Of a stretch of DNA of 64,000 nucleotides, positions 51,015 to 60,504 are shown piece by piece. Location: the NCBI GenBank assembly GCA_963667845.2, contig CAXXVL010000002.1:1664001-1728000 (forward strand), read 5' to 3'. The first letter of the stretch is position 1; every line of letters starts with the position of its first letter. This stretch comes from Smithellaceae bacterium (GTDB lineage: Bacteria; Desulfobacterota; Syntrophia; Syntrophales; Smithellaceae). The notes beneath the pieces were generated by a model that did not search any database, had not been told where the DNA came from, and was given only the letters and a program-made list of their open reading frames with translations. The position numbers were made by a program, and so were the translations under genes.

Positions 51015-51689
51015 TTACCGGCGTTTCAGCACCACCAGCGCATCGACCACGACCGGCTTTTCGCCGGAAATGATAACCGGATTGATGTCGATTTCCGCAA
51101 TCTCATCATGCCGGCAGCCGATTTCTCCCAGCCCGATCAGCGCGGAAACCAGCGCCCGGCGGTCAACGGCAGGGCTCCCGCGAAACTCGTCCAGGAGCTT
51201 CGTCATTCTGATTTCATCAAGCATTTCCTCGGCGTCGCGGACGGTCAGGGGGGCCACCCGGAACGTCACGTCTTTGATGACTTCCGTGAAAATTCCGCCC
51301 GCGCCGAACATGACGCAGGGGCCGAACTGCGGGTCGCGGGTGAGGCCGAGAACAAACTCGCGGTCGCCTTTGATCATCTCCTGCACCAACACGCCGTCGA
51401 GGCCGGGTGCCGAGCCCACGATGTCATCGTAAGCTTTGGCAACGTCTTCGGCATTCGTCAGCTTGAGTTTGACGAGCCCCATTTCCGTTTTGTGGGAGGC
51501 CTTGTCCGAGCAGCCTTTGAGGACAACGGGGTAGCCGATCTCCAGGGCGAAGGCCAGCGCCTCTTCGCGCGACCGGGCGAGCCGTTCCCTGGTGACGGAG
51601 ATTCCGACGGATTGGATCACCTGCTTGGAGTCGTATTCCGAAAGCGCGCTCTGGCCGCGTTCCACAGCTCTTTTAATGATTTTTTCCAC
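51015..51689 (-). CDS. NDP-forming acyl-CoA synthetase beta (ATP-grasp) subunit
   Basis: LSEYDSK, GYPVVLK, HKTE.G.V, RDPQFGP, EIDINP, VDA; GTG start at 51689 with AGGAGA RBS. Confidence 0.9.
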   Translation of the reverse strand: MEKIIKRAVERGQSALSEYDSKQVIQSVGISVTRERLARSREEALAFALEIGYPVVLKGCSDKASHKTEMGLVKLKLTNAEDVAKAYDDIVGSAPGLDGVLVQEMIKGDREFVLGLTRDPQFGPCVMFGAGGIFTEVIKDVTFRVAPLTVRDAEEMLDEIRMTKLLDEFRGSPAVDRRALVSALIGLGEIGCRHDEIAEIDINPVIISGEKPVVVDALVVLKRR

Positions 51690-53079
51690 GATGATTCTCC
51701 TTCTTGTCGAGATAGCGAAATTGCTGGTGCGATACCACGAGCCCCCGCACCGCTTCTTCGAGTGTGCTAAACAGCGGGAGGTTTTTGTCGGCGCGCGCGG
51801 CCTGAACGCTCGCCATGGCATTGAAACTGAACAGCGCGGCAGGTTTGTGATGCCGCCGGCACAAGGTGATGAGTTCACTGAGGACATCCGCAACATAGTC
51901 TCGCCACATGCCCACGATATTCAGAAGTCCGTCCACATTCCGGTCGCCAAGCAGAATGTCGTAAATCTGCAGATATATCTGCGGGAGCGCGGGCCCGATG
52001 TCGACCGGGTTTCCGGCGTTGAAGACACCGGGAAGGCGGCCAAGCTTTTCGCGCGTCTCGGGCGAGAACTTAGCCATAACCAGATCGGTATCGGCAAGCA
52101 GATCGGCGCCGATCGTTCCGAATGCTCCGGAGTTCGTAAAGACGGCGATCCGCTTTCCCGCAAGGAGCGGCATTTCCGTGAACATTTTCGGCAGCGCATG
52201 CAGTTCTTCGGCCGATTGCAGACGAATGATCCCGGCCTGTTTGCAGGCGCCGTCGAAAACGGCGTCGTTGTTGGCCAGGCCTGCGGTGTGAGACACGCAG
52301 GCGGCGCTGCCCGCCTCGCTCCGGCCGGACTTATAAACCAGGATCGGTTTGGTGCTGCGTAACGCGGCCGCCATCAGCTTGTCGCCGCGTTCCACATTTT
52401 CCAGGTACAGGGCGATGACGCGGGTATTGTCCGCATTAAAGTAATCGATGAAATCGGATTCATCCACATCCGACTTGTTCCCGATGCATACCATCTTGTT
52501 GACGCCGGGCAGATCCTCCAGGATGCGTTCCGCCACCAGTCCGCCCACGCCGCCGCTTTGAATCACGTAGGACACTCCCCCCGGTTTCTCAACCGTTTTT
52601 TTCACGAGTTCATTGGCGCCGTAGAGGCAGCAAAATGCTTTATGGTTATCCAGGATTCCCAGGCAATTCGGGCCGATGATGCGTATCCCATGGATTCGGG
52701 CGGCGTCGCTAATCTCGTCCTGAAGCCTCTGCCCGCCGTTTCCCTGCTCCGAAAAGCCCGAGCTTTCGATAACGATATTGCGTATGCCTTTCTCGCCGCA
52801 ATCGCGGACAAATCCGGGGACCACGGCAGCCGGCGCAACGATGACGGCCAGATCCACATCGTCTGCGATGTCGGCAACCGACTTAAATCCCGGTGCCCCG
52901 TGCACGTCTTCTCCGCCCCGATTGACCGCGAAGACTTGCCCTGGAAAGGCGATGTCCTCTTTCAATGTCTTGCAGATCGTTGCCCCGAGATTGAAAGCCG
53001 CATTAGAGGCGCCGATGACTACTACTGCGGAAGGATTAAAGAATTTATCCATTTCCGCCATTTTTAACTGTGTGTTCAT
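51673..53079 (-). CDS. NDP-forming acyl-CoA synthetase alpha subunit
   Basis: FNPSAVVVIGAS, SGFSE, IGPNCLG, QSGG, GNKSDV, SHT phospho-His motif, NPVD. Confidence 0.9.
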   Translation of the reverse strand: MNTQLKMAEMDKFFNPSAVVVIGASNAAFNLGATICKTLKEDIAFPGQVFAVNRGGEDVHGAPGFKSVADIADDVDLAVIVAPAAVVPGFVRDCGEKGIRNIVIESSGFSEQGNGGQRLQDEISDAARIHGIRIIGPNCLGILDNHKAFCCLYGANELVKKTVEKPGGVSYVIQSGGVGGLVAERILEDLPGVNKMVCIGNKSDVDESDFIDYFNADNTRVIALYLENVERGDKLMAAALRSTKPILVYKSGRSEAGSAACVSHTAGLANNDAVFDGACKQAGIIRLQSAEELHALPKMFTEMPLLAGKRIAVFTNSGAFGTIGADLLADTDLVMAKFSPETREKLGRLPGVFNAGNPVDIGPALPQIYLQIYDILLGDRNVDGLLNIVGMWRDYVADVLSELITLCRRHHKPAALFSFNAMASVQAARADKNLPLFSTLEEAVRGLVVSHQQFRYLDKKENHRGKNH

Positions 53080-53097
53080 GAACGTAATCTCCTTTTC

Positions 53098-53114
53098 TGT
53101 AAACGATGTTTACA
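53098..53114. promoter_or_regulatory. Palindromic operator, probably for the adjacent TetR
   Basis: TGTAAAC-gat-GTTTACA overlapping the -10/TSS of a minus-strand TTGACA-17-TATGTA promoter (53139-53111). Confidence 0.6.
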
Positions 53115-53156
53115 TACAAGAACGTCGTTATCATGTCAAGACATTTCCGGGAATTT

Positions 53157-53780
53157 TTATTCGGTACGGGGAATCTGGGATTTTCTTAAAAGTCTTGCCA
53201 GGTTGTGGGCTATTCTCTGCCTGTGCAGCAGCACCTGCTGTATGTTCTTGTCGGGGTGGTTCCGGAAGGTGGCAACAATGCCGGTCAGCGTAGCAAAGAG
53301 TGTATGGGACTGATGGCGGACGTTGCCATCCACATTCATCTTCTCGAAGATGATGTCGAAGTGGCCGAGGATTTCTCTTTCAATCACGGTGAGTTTTTCA
53401 AAAAGCGTCGGGTCAACCGATCCGCCGAGAAAGAAGTTCATCATCATCTGAAAATATTGATCGTTCAGCGTAAAATATTCGATAAAATCCGCAACGACCT
53501 GTTCAATGGCGCCGTCGGGGGACTCATCGATCGTGACAAATATTTTTTCGAATATTCGGCCGATGCCTCTCATGAACGCTTCGGCAAACAGCGACTGCTG
53601 ATCGGGGAAGTGCCGGTAGATGAGCGCGGGCGATACACCGGCACGTTTTGCGATGTCCCGCATCGTCACTTTCGGAAAAGGCTTGATGGTAAATTCCTTT
53701 TCCGCGGCATCGATGATGATGGCGCGCCTTGCCATTTTTTCTTTTTCTTTCAGTTCCGAAAGGACACTTTTCGTTTTCAT
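53157..53780 (-). CDS. TetR/AcrR family regulator
   Basis: IIDAA...VTMRDIAKRAGVSPALIYRHF. Confidence 0.92.
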   Translation of the reverse strand: MKTKSVLSELKEKEKMARRAIIIDAAEKEFTIKPFPKVTMRDIAKRAGVSPALIYRHFPDQQSLFAEAFMRGIGRIFEKIFVTIDESPDGAIEQVVADFIEYFTLNDQYFQMMMNFFLGGSVDPTLFEKLTVIEREILGHFDIIFEKMNVDGNVRHQSHTLFATLTGIVATFRNHPDKNIQQVLLHRQRIAHNLARLLRKSQIPRTE

Positions 53781-53939
53781 GCACCCCTGCTCGATTGCGA
53801 AGATTTTTCTTTTGCGATTACAATGGACCTTGAACGGTTATGAAATAGCATCGATGGGACGGCGTGTCAAACGCGCTCTCGACCTCCGACCCATCCTAAA
53901 GTGAGACCTGGGAAGCGCGAACCCGGGCGCATGCCCGCG

Positions 53940-55070
53940 TCAGACGACGGCCTCATTGATTTGGGGCTCACAATAAACAACCCGGTTCCTTCCCTGCTGC
54001 TTGGACAGATAAAGCGCCTTATCAGCCCAGGCGATAATGGAATCCGGACGGAAATTGAAATCGGGAACGCAGACGGAGACCCCCGCGCTGATCGTGGCCC
54101 CGATCTCGTGGCCCTGATAATCGATAGTCATGGAGCCAATCCTCAAAACGGCGTCGCGGGCGAGCTTAACGGCCCGCTCCGCATCCGCGTCGGGTAAAAG
54201 GACGATGAATTCCTCTCCGCCGTAGCGGGCGACAATGTCGGTATCCCGTTTGAAGACGGACGTCAGTCTCTTGGCCAGTTCCTTCAGGTAAGCATCGCCC
54301 GCCGGATGACCGAAAGTGTCATTGATTCGCTTAAAATCATCGATATCCAGAAGGATGATGCCGATCGTGCTGTCGATGCGCCCCGAACGCTTCCATTCCT
54401 TTTCCAGGGCTTCATCAAAATACCGCCTGTTAAAAAGCCCGGTCAGAACATCTGTATTGCTGAGCCTTGTGAGCTCCCGGGATTTTATCTCCAGAAGATA
54501 TTCATTCTCCAGAGCTTCCCAGTATTCCTCATTGCCGCGGGCCGCGATGAGCACCATGTAAACAGCAAATGAAAAAATCATCAAAGCGAGCGACAGACTT
54601 GATCCTTTGATGAGCATGACGATAACAGCCGGCAACAGCATCGCAAAATCATAGATAACGGCCAGCCTGAGATAGGGAACAAAGGCGACCACGCCGCCCG
54701 CACATAAGCCGGCTACGCATACCGTCATAACTAGCTGGGTGCTTGATTCGTCTTGTTGAAGCATGACCATTGCCAGCGTCACCCCCCATATGAGGGCGGA
54801 CAGGATGACACTGCCGAGGAAGATGCCGCTGCTCAGCGCTGTGTAACGTTCAGGAATTTTGGGGGAAATGATCAAATGAGCCAGACGAAAGAGGCACACG
54901 CCGACAAGTGTGATGAGAAAAATCAGGGTGAGCGTGGCATGCCTGTCATAGAAATTATCGGCAAAAACAACAACAAAGGACAAAAGGATATAGAAAATGA
55001 GACCGAATGACGATCGCTTTTTCAGATCGCTGATGACCCTCTTATTCGTGCTCTGACGTTCAAAAGTCAT
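53940..55070 (-). CDS. Membrane-bound diguanylate cyclase
   Basis: About six TM helices, DVLTGLFNRR, DIDDFKRIND.FGH..GD, RDTD I-site, GGEEF. Confidence 0.93.
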   Translation of the reverse strand: MTFERQSTNKRVISDLKKRSSFGLIFYILLSFVVVFADNFYDRHATLTLIFLITLVGVCLFRLAHLIISPKIPERYTALSSGIFLGSVILSALIWGVTLAMVMLQQDESSTQLVMTVCVAGLCAGGVVAFVPYLRLAVIYDFAMLLPAVIVMLIKGSSLSLALMIFSFAVYMVLIAARGNEEYWEALENEYLLEIKSRELTRLSNTDVLTGLFNRRYFDEALEKEWKRSGRIDSTIGIILLDIDDFKRINDTFGHPAGDAYLKELAKRLTSVFKRDTDIVARYGGEEFIVLLPDADAERAVKLARDAVLRIGSMTIDYQGHEIGATISAGVSVCVPDFNFRPDSIIAWADKALYLSKQQGRNRVVYCEPQINEAVV

Positions 55071-55270
55071 GATGATCGTGCCTGGCCCTGCTCACTTCGT
55101 GGATTTTGCCGCCTCTCTGTGGTTCCGGATTCGGGTATTCCCGATCCGCTGCGAGTCGCCGGCGCGATGCTGATTCCATCCCGGCTTCATTAGCGCCTAA
55201 AAAACGGATTTGTCAACCCCTGATCGCTTGGCGGTTAATTTTCATCCCGCCGTAAAATAGCCCGGTATTT

Positions 55271-55370
55271 TAACCGCGCTCACGCGCGACGAGCGTCAGT
55301 TCTCCACAGCTTGCTGCGATATCGCGTCGTTCATTTCATACCTCGACAGCTTGCTGCAAGCTGGTTGATT
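55271..55370 (+). mobile_element. ~100-bp structured repeat, copy E
   Basis: TAACCGCGCTCACGCGCGACGAGCG...CAGCTTGCTGCGA...CAGCTTGCTGC..TGGTTGATT. Confidence 0.82.
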
Positions 55371-55374
55371 TGTG

Positions 55375-55404
55375 TTGACACGTTCCTCCTTTTGCTTTTA
55401 TAGT
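55375..55404 (+). promoter_or_regulatory. sigma70-type promoter
   Basis: TTGACA-18 nt-TATAGT, 4 nt after repeat copy E. Confidence 0.55.
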
Positions 55405-55519
55405 TTTTGAACCGGGGATGGCTGCCGTTTCATCGTGAAGACGGAGCACAGCGTTCGTGCGAAATCCATCCGGCCGGTGCATCAGATACCGGCCAACAGA
55501 CAAGACAGGAGGAATCAGC

Positions 55520-55921
55520 ATGTCCGATCTACTCGCGTATTTGGGCCCGTCCTGGCGCGATGAAGCACTCAAAAGGCTCCAGACCGAGCTTCCGCCGGAA
55601 AAGATGAACAACGTCACGACATCCATGTCTAATATCTACAAGAATTGCCCCGGCGGAGACGAAAAATTCCTGTTCGTCGAATGCCGGGAAGGCAAAGTGA
55701 CCCGCGTGGAAACCGGAAGCGGAGAACCGCCCCAGGCGGAGTTTCGCATCATCGGCGACTATGAAACGTTTGCCAGAATCTCCCGCGCCGAACTGGGCTC
55801 GCAAAAGGCGCTTATGACCGGGAAGCTTAAACTCAAGGGCAATCTGGCCCGCGCGCTCAAACTGGCCGCGGTGGCCGATCGGCTGAACAAGGTGTTGTCG
55901 CGGATTCCAACCCAATATTAA
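55520..55921 (+). CDS. SCP2 sterol/lipid-binding domain protein
   Basis: F.IIGDYETF..I...L...KALMTGKLKLKGNL; AGGAGG RBS, ATG start at 55520. Confidence 0.85.
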   Translation: MSDLLAYLGPSWRDEALKRLQTELPPEKMNNVTTSMSNIYKNCPGGDEKFLFVECREGKVTRVETGSGEPPQAEFRIIGDYETFARISRAELGSQKALMTGKLKLKGNLARALKLAAVADRLNKVLSRIPTQY

Positions 55922-55933
55922 AGGAGATAAATT

Positions 55934-57157
55934 ATGACCAGGATATTAGATCCCGGCGACAAATATTATATCGACAATCCCGGGCGTGTAGAGGCCATCC
56001 AGAAAGAAATGAGAAAACGCGGCATCGACGTGTATCTCGGTTCGCGCATCCGCACCATGAGTTTCGTGATGGACACTTTCTGTCCCTGGCGAAGCTATTT
56101 GATCATTCCGCGGGAAGGGCAGCCTGCTTATTTCACATTTGTGGTGGACGCGCTGCGCGTGGCCGACGAAACCTGGCTCGACTCCGACCATGTCCGGGCC
56201 TACGGGCCGATGGGCGGTATGGATCAGGTTTCCGCGATCACCGATTACATCAAGGATGAACTCGGCATCCAAAAGGGGCGCCTGGGCTACGAGGACGGGA
56301 TTTCCACGTACACGGCCGAAGGGAACCTGTCGCACTGGGAATACACGCACTTTAAGGATGCGCTTCCCGGTTTTGAATGGGTCAACGCGCACGACATTGT
56401 TGATGCCCTTTCGCTCATCAAGGACCGGGGCACTATCGAACGCTTCCGCACCGCCTCGCTGATTGTCGATGAAGGCCACAAGGCCGCGCGGGCCGCGCTC
56501 ACAAACGGCGGCTATAAAGGTATGACGGAAACGGTCATCGCCGGGATTGCGGCGCTCGCCATGCGCAGAGCGGGGAGCGTGTCGGAGTGGAACTTTGCGG
56601 GCCTCAACGAAATATCAAGCGGCGTCCGCACGGGACTGGGCGCCTGCACGCCGCCCACCACCAAAGAGATCATGGCGGGCGAACCGCTCATGCTGGATTT
56701 TCATGCGATGTTCAAACTGGCGCTCGGCGACCATTCTCACAATTATCTGATCGGGCCGGCCACCAAACGGCAGCGCTGGCATGCGGATAATTTTGTCGCG
56801 ATTATTCAGAAAGTGATTGATCACTACCGTGCGGGAACAACCCCCGGGACGCTCGCCGCCCTGATGATGGATTTTGCGGAATCGCGCGGTTGCGGCGACT
56901 TCATCCAGCCGGCCTGCGAACACGGCATCGGTCTTTTCGGCGATGAGTGGCGCATCGGCGCCGTCGTCAATCCGGATCTTCCCTACTGGACGGATCAGGA
57001 TCACGTCTATCAGGAAAATGAAATGGTCGTCTGCGCGATGCAGTATGCCGCCCCGGAGGAGCATATCGGCTTCCGCTATGAAAATGATATCGTGATTACC
57101 AAAGACGGCTGCGAGGTCCTGTCGAAATATCCGCTGGGGATTGAAGAAATTTCCTAG
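55934..57157 (+). CDS. M24 (Xaa-Pro peptidase/creatinase) fold protein
   Basis: Creatinase-like N-domain; LMLDF..GD, EHGIGL, GFRYEND, GCEVLSKYP. Confidence 0.8.
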   Translation: MTRILDPGDKYYIDNPGRVEAIQKEMRKRGIDVYLGSRIRTMSFVMDTFCPWRSYLIIPREGQPAYFTFVVDALRVADETWLDSDHVRAYGPMGGMDQVSAITDYIKDELGIQKGRLGYEDGISTYTAEGNLSHWEYTHFKDALPGFEWVNAHDIVDALSLIKDRGTIERFRTASLIVDEGHKAARAALTNGGYKGMTETVIAGIAALAMRRAGSVSEWNFAGLNEISSGVRTGLGACTPPTTKEIMAGEPLMLDFHAMFKLALGDHSHNYLIGPATKRQRWHADNFVAIIQKVIDHYRAGTTPGTLAALMMDFAESRGCGDFIQPACEHGIGLFGDEWRIGAVVNPDLPYWTDQDHVYQENEMVVCAMQYAAPEEHIGFRYENDIVITKDGCEVLSKYPLGIEEIS

Positions 57158-57163
57158 AAGGCC

Positions 57164-58093
57164 GTGAATGGGTTATTGAGAATGCATCTTCCCTGGCCGC
57201 TGGATTTGGCGCGGTTTTTCTGGCAGCGAAAAGTCATGGGCCGCAGGGTTCCGCTGCTGGCAAGCTTCAAGGTTACATACCGCTGCAACCTGACCTGCCT
57301 GGCCTGCCCGTTTCACTTGCGCTCATCTCATGAAAGCGGGCATATCAGCTGGTCCGCCGCCGTCGGAGCGCTGGACATTCTGCGGCGCCTAGGCACGCGC
57401 CTGGTGGTCTTTGAAGGCGGAGAGCCGCTCCTGTGGCGCGACGGCGCATACCGTCTTCATGACCTGGTCCTTTACGCCCGCCGGCACTTCCTTCGTGTGG
57501 CCGTGACCACCAACGGAACGCTGCCCCTGGATGTTCCCGCAAACACGCTCTGGGTGAGCCTCGATGGCTTGAAGGAAACGCAGGACGCTCTCAGAAGCAA
57601 CTCCTTTGACCGGGTTTGGGCCAATCTCCGCGAAACAAAACATCCCCGTGTGTTTGTCCACTGCACGCTCAATCGCCGCAACTGGCGCGATCTGGAAACG
57701 CTTGCGGCTTGGGTCCGGGACGTCCCGGCCGTGCAGGGTATGACCGTTCAGTTCTTTTATCCCTACCATCAGGGAGAGGACGATCTCGCGCTGGATCCCG
57801 ATGACCGCCTCGCGGCAATCGATAAATTACTGAAACTCAAAAAAAGAGGGCTCCCCATTTTGAACTCGCAGGCCCGAATCCGGGCGATGGCCGATAACCG
57901 CTGGCGCTGCCACGATGATCTTCTCATCAACGTCGACCCGGACGGCACCATCACCAGGGGCTGTTATGTCAAAAGCCGCGGTACGATCAACTGTGACGCC
58001 TGCGGATTTACGCCCGTCGCTGAAGCTTCCGGCGCGCTGGATTTCATTCCCGGATCGCTCGTGGCCGGATGGAATTTGTTTTTGAAATCGTAA
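57164..58093 (+). CDS. Radical SAM protein with C-terminal Cys cluster
   Basis: CNLTCLAC, EGGEP, TTNG, SLDG; WRC...GC...CDACG. Confidence 0.85.
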   Translation: MNGLLRMHLPWPLDLARFFWQRKVMGRRVPLLASFKVTYRCNLTCLACPFHLRSSHESGHISWSAAVGALDILRRLGTRLVVFEGGEPLLWRDGAYRLHDLVLYARRHFLRVAVTTNGTLPLDVPANTLWVSLDGLKETQDALRSNSFDRVWANLRETKHPRVFVHCTLNRRNWRDLETLAAWVRDVPAVQGMTVQFFYPYHQGEDDLALDPDDRLAAIDKLLKLKKRGLPILNSQARIRAMADNRWRCHDDLLINVDPDGTITRGCYVKSRGTINCDACGFTPVAEASGALDFIPGSLVAGWNLFLKS

Positions 58094-58338
58094 GGGCGTC
58101 TCGTACAGCGGATCATTGATCGTGTCGTGCTCAAACAGCATGGGCTGAGCCCCCGACGAAGACCGATCACAGGTGGCCCTTGAGCGGCAAGGGCCGGAAA
58201 GATTTCTCCGGATTTCCTTCCGGGATTAAAAAGATGCCTCCGGCTCGTATCGCGGAGTTGACTCAAATGGCCATTTGCTATAGTGTAACATGTGAATGAG
58301 TCGGAAGAAAAACTAAAGAAACGCGGACGGTGAATGAT

Positions 58339-59421
58339 ATGAAGAGAACAGGAATATCGTTATTGATCGCCGTTTCTTTATGCCTGGCCGTATTCAACGC
58401 TTTTTCGGATGATCGATCGCTGACCATAAAAAGCAGAAGTCAGCGTCTGGCGCTGGTGATCGGCAACAGCCATTACGGTTCCGGCCCTCTTAAGAATCCC
58501 GTGAATGATGCCCGCGACATATCCGCTGCGCTCACGAAGCTGGGGTTTGAAGTCATCTACGAGGAAGACGCGACGCGCCGGAAAATGGATGAGGCCGTCC
58601 GGGCGTTTTATTCGAAGCTTCGCCAGAGCGAAACGGGCCTTTTTTATTACGCGGGCCACGGCATGCAGGTGAAGGGAAGAAATTATTTAATCCCCGTGGA
58701 TGCCCGCATTGAAACGGAATCCGATGTTGAGCATGAATCGATCGACATCGGCCGCGTTCTGGGCAAGATGGAGGACGCGGGCAATCCCGTTAATATCGTT
58801 ATTCTGGATGCCTGCCGCGATAATCCGTTTGCCAGAAGTGCACGGTCGTCCGGAGCCGGTCTCGCCCGGATGGATGCGCCGGTGGGATCGATTGTCGCCT
58901 ATGCGACATCTCCCGAATCCGTGGCCTCGGACGGGACGGGAAAAAACGGCGTCTATACCAAACATCTCCTGAAGCAAATCATGGTCCCCGGACTGACCAT
59001 TGAACAAGTCTTTAAAGGCGTGCGCAACGGCGTTATTGACGAAACCAACAACAAGCAGGTTCCCTGGGAGTCGACATCGCTCCGCGGGGATTTTTATTTC
59101 AGCGGTCCTTCTGCGGCGACCACAACGGACCCCTGTCTGGTCAAATGCGGTCCGAATACGCTGCCGCTGGAAGAAGTCATGCGGCTGTCGCAGGGGCACC
59201 TGGTCCTCTATAATCAAATGAAAAAGGACGGGAAGCAGCATCGTTCCGAATTCATCGAGACTCTGAAGAGAATTATCTGCGACTTCAAAAATATTGAAGA
59301 CGCACTGCAGGCGAACTATGAGGCAACGCGTGATGAAGATGTCAGAAAAACGCGAAGAAACATGGTTCTAACGAGAGACAAATATCAGGAAGAGCTGTGT
59401 GAACGGCTGACAAAGAAATAA
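58339..59421 (+). CDS. Exported caspase-family (peptidase C14) protein
   Basis: Signal peptide; RLALVIGN, LKNPVNDA, YYAGHG (His), ILDACRDNP (Cys), QVPW; helical C-terminal extension. Confidence 0.9.
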   Translation: MKRTGISLLIAVSLCLAVFNAFSDDRSLTIKSRSQRLALVIGNSHYGSGPLKNPVNDARDISAALTKLGFEVIYEEDATRRKMDEAVRAFYSKLRQSETGLFYYAGHGMQVKGRNYLIPVDARIETESDVEHESIDIGRVLGKMEDAGNPVNIVILDACRDNPFARSARSSGAGLARMDAPVGSIVAYATSPESVASDGTGKNGVYTKHLLKQIMVPGLTIEQVFKGVRNGVIDETNNKQVPWESTSLRGDFYFSGPSAATTTDPCLVKCGPNTLPLEEVMRLSQGHLVLYNQMKKDGKQHRSEFIETLKRIICDFKNIEDALQANYEATRDEDVRKTRRNMVLTRDKYQEELCERLTKK

Positions 59422-59448
59422 GCCGGAGATTCTCAGGAGGGAGGGGAC

Positions 59449-60417
59449 ATGTCAAGAAACAAAGCAAGCATCGCATTGTCGTTCATTGTGCCGCTATTGA
59501 TTCTGGTCATGGGCTGCGGTGCGCAGCTTCAACAGGCGAGGACTACTCTTGATGAAGCTAAAGAGTACCAGGAAGCCATCAAACGAACGGGGATGACGGA
59601 AAGCATTTCTCCCGATGTGTCCACCGCAGCCAAACACTATACGGACGGCGAACAGAGCTTCGCGAATCGCGATTACAGAAACGCAATCTATTACGGACAG
59701 GAAAGTATCACCGCCGCTAAGCGCGTTCTTCTTCAGGGCATTACCCGCACGGTAACCGTGATGAAAGAAGAGATCGGCAGGAAGGTGGAAGAAAATCCGG
59801 CAACGCCATTGAAGAAATTAATTCCCAAGCTGGATGAAATATTACAGTACGCCAACCGGGTCCAGGGGGATAATCAGGAACTGGAAAGCATGTCGCTGGT
59901 TAAGGCGGCCAGCATCACCAGTGATTTACGGGTTTACGAATCCGATATCAAGAGCAGTCAGCAGGAAAAATTACAATCCGACATTTCCTTTGCCCTGGGC
60001 AAATCCGAACTCGCGGACGAAGGAAAAGTCGCGCTTGATAAATTTGCCGACAAGATCGTCGCCATTATCGAAAACAACCTGAAACTCTTCCCGGGTAAGA
60101 AGATTATGCTGCAAATTGATGTTTACGGATATACGGATTCATCGGGGTTTTTGCGGGACGGCGGAAATCGGCAGAAGCGGCTTTTGCTCAATCAGAAACT
60201 CTCTGAATTAAGAGCCAAAAGCGTCAGCAACCATCTGGATCATTCCCTCTCTGTCCGGATAAAGCCCTACCTGCAGCATGTATCCCTTCAGCCGGGAAAA
60301 ATCATCGGGAAAGGTGAAGAACTGCCGGCGGGGGTTCAGGCGTCAAATCTGGTTAACGATCCCCACAGGCGTATCTGCCAGATATTCAGCACGGCCTTCC
60401 ACGATATCAGTCAGTAG
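59449..60417 (+). CDS. OmpA-like peptidoglycan-binding lipoprotein
   Basis: Lipobox VMG-C, helical N-domain; SFALGKSEL, GYTD, NQKLSELRA, GKGE, RR. Confidence 0.82.
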   Translation: MSRNKASIALSFIVPLLILVMGCGAQLQQARTTLDEAKEYQEAIKRTGMTESISPDVSTAAKHYTDGEQSFANRDYRNAIYYGQESITAAKRVLLQGITRTVTVMKEEIGRKVEENPATPLKKLIPKLDEILQYANRVQGDNQELESMSLVKAASITSDLRVYESDIKSSQQEKLQSDISFALGKSELADEGKVALDKFADKIVAIIENNLKLFPGKKIMLQIDVYGYTDSSGFLRDGGNRQKRLLLNQKLSELRAKSVSNHLDHSLSVRIKPYLQHVSLQPGKIIGKGEELPAGVQASNLVNDPHRRICQIFSTAFHDISQ

Positions 60418-60504
60418 TGCGCAGGCAACGATACGGGTGCCTGCCCGGATATCCCCGACGTTTGGTCTTTACGGAAGTTGAGGGCGGAGCCAGGAAGCCG
60501 GCGC

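Noticed and set aside
40537..55370. 100-bp repeats as a CRISPR array or integron attC array
   Set aside because: The copies are kilobases apart and in mixed orientation, with no unique spacers, no RYYYAAC/GTTRRRY ends, and no cas or intI gene.
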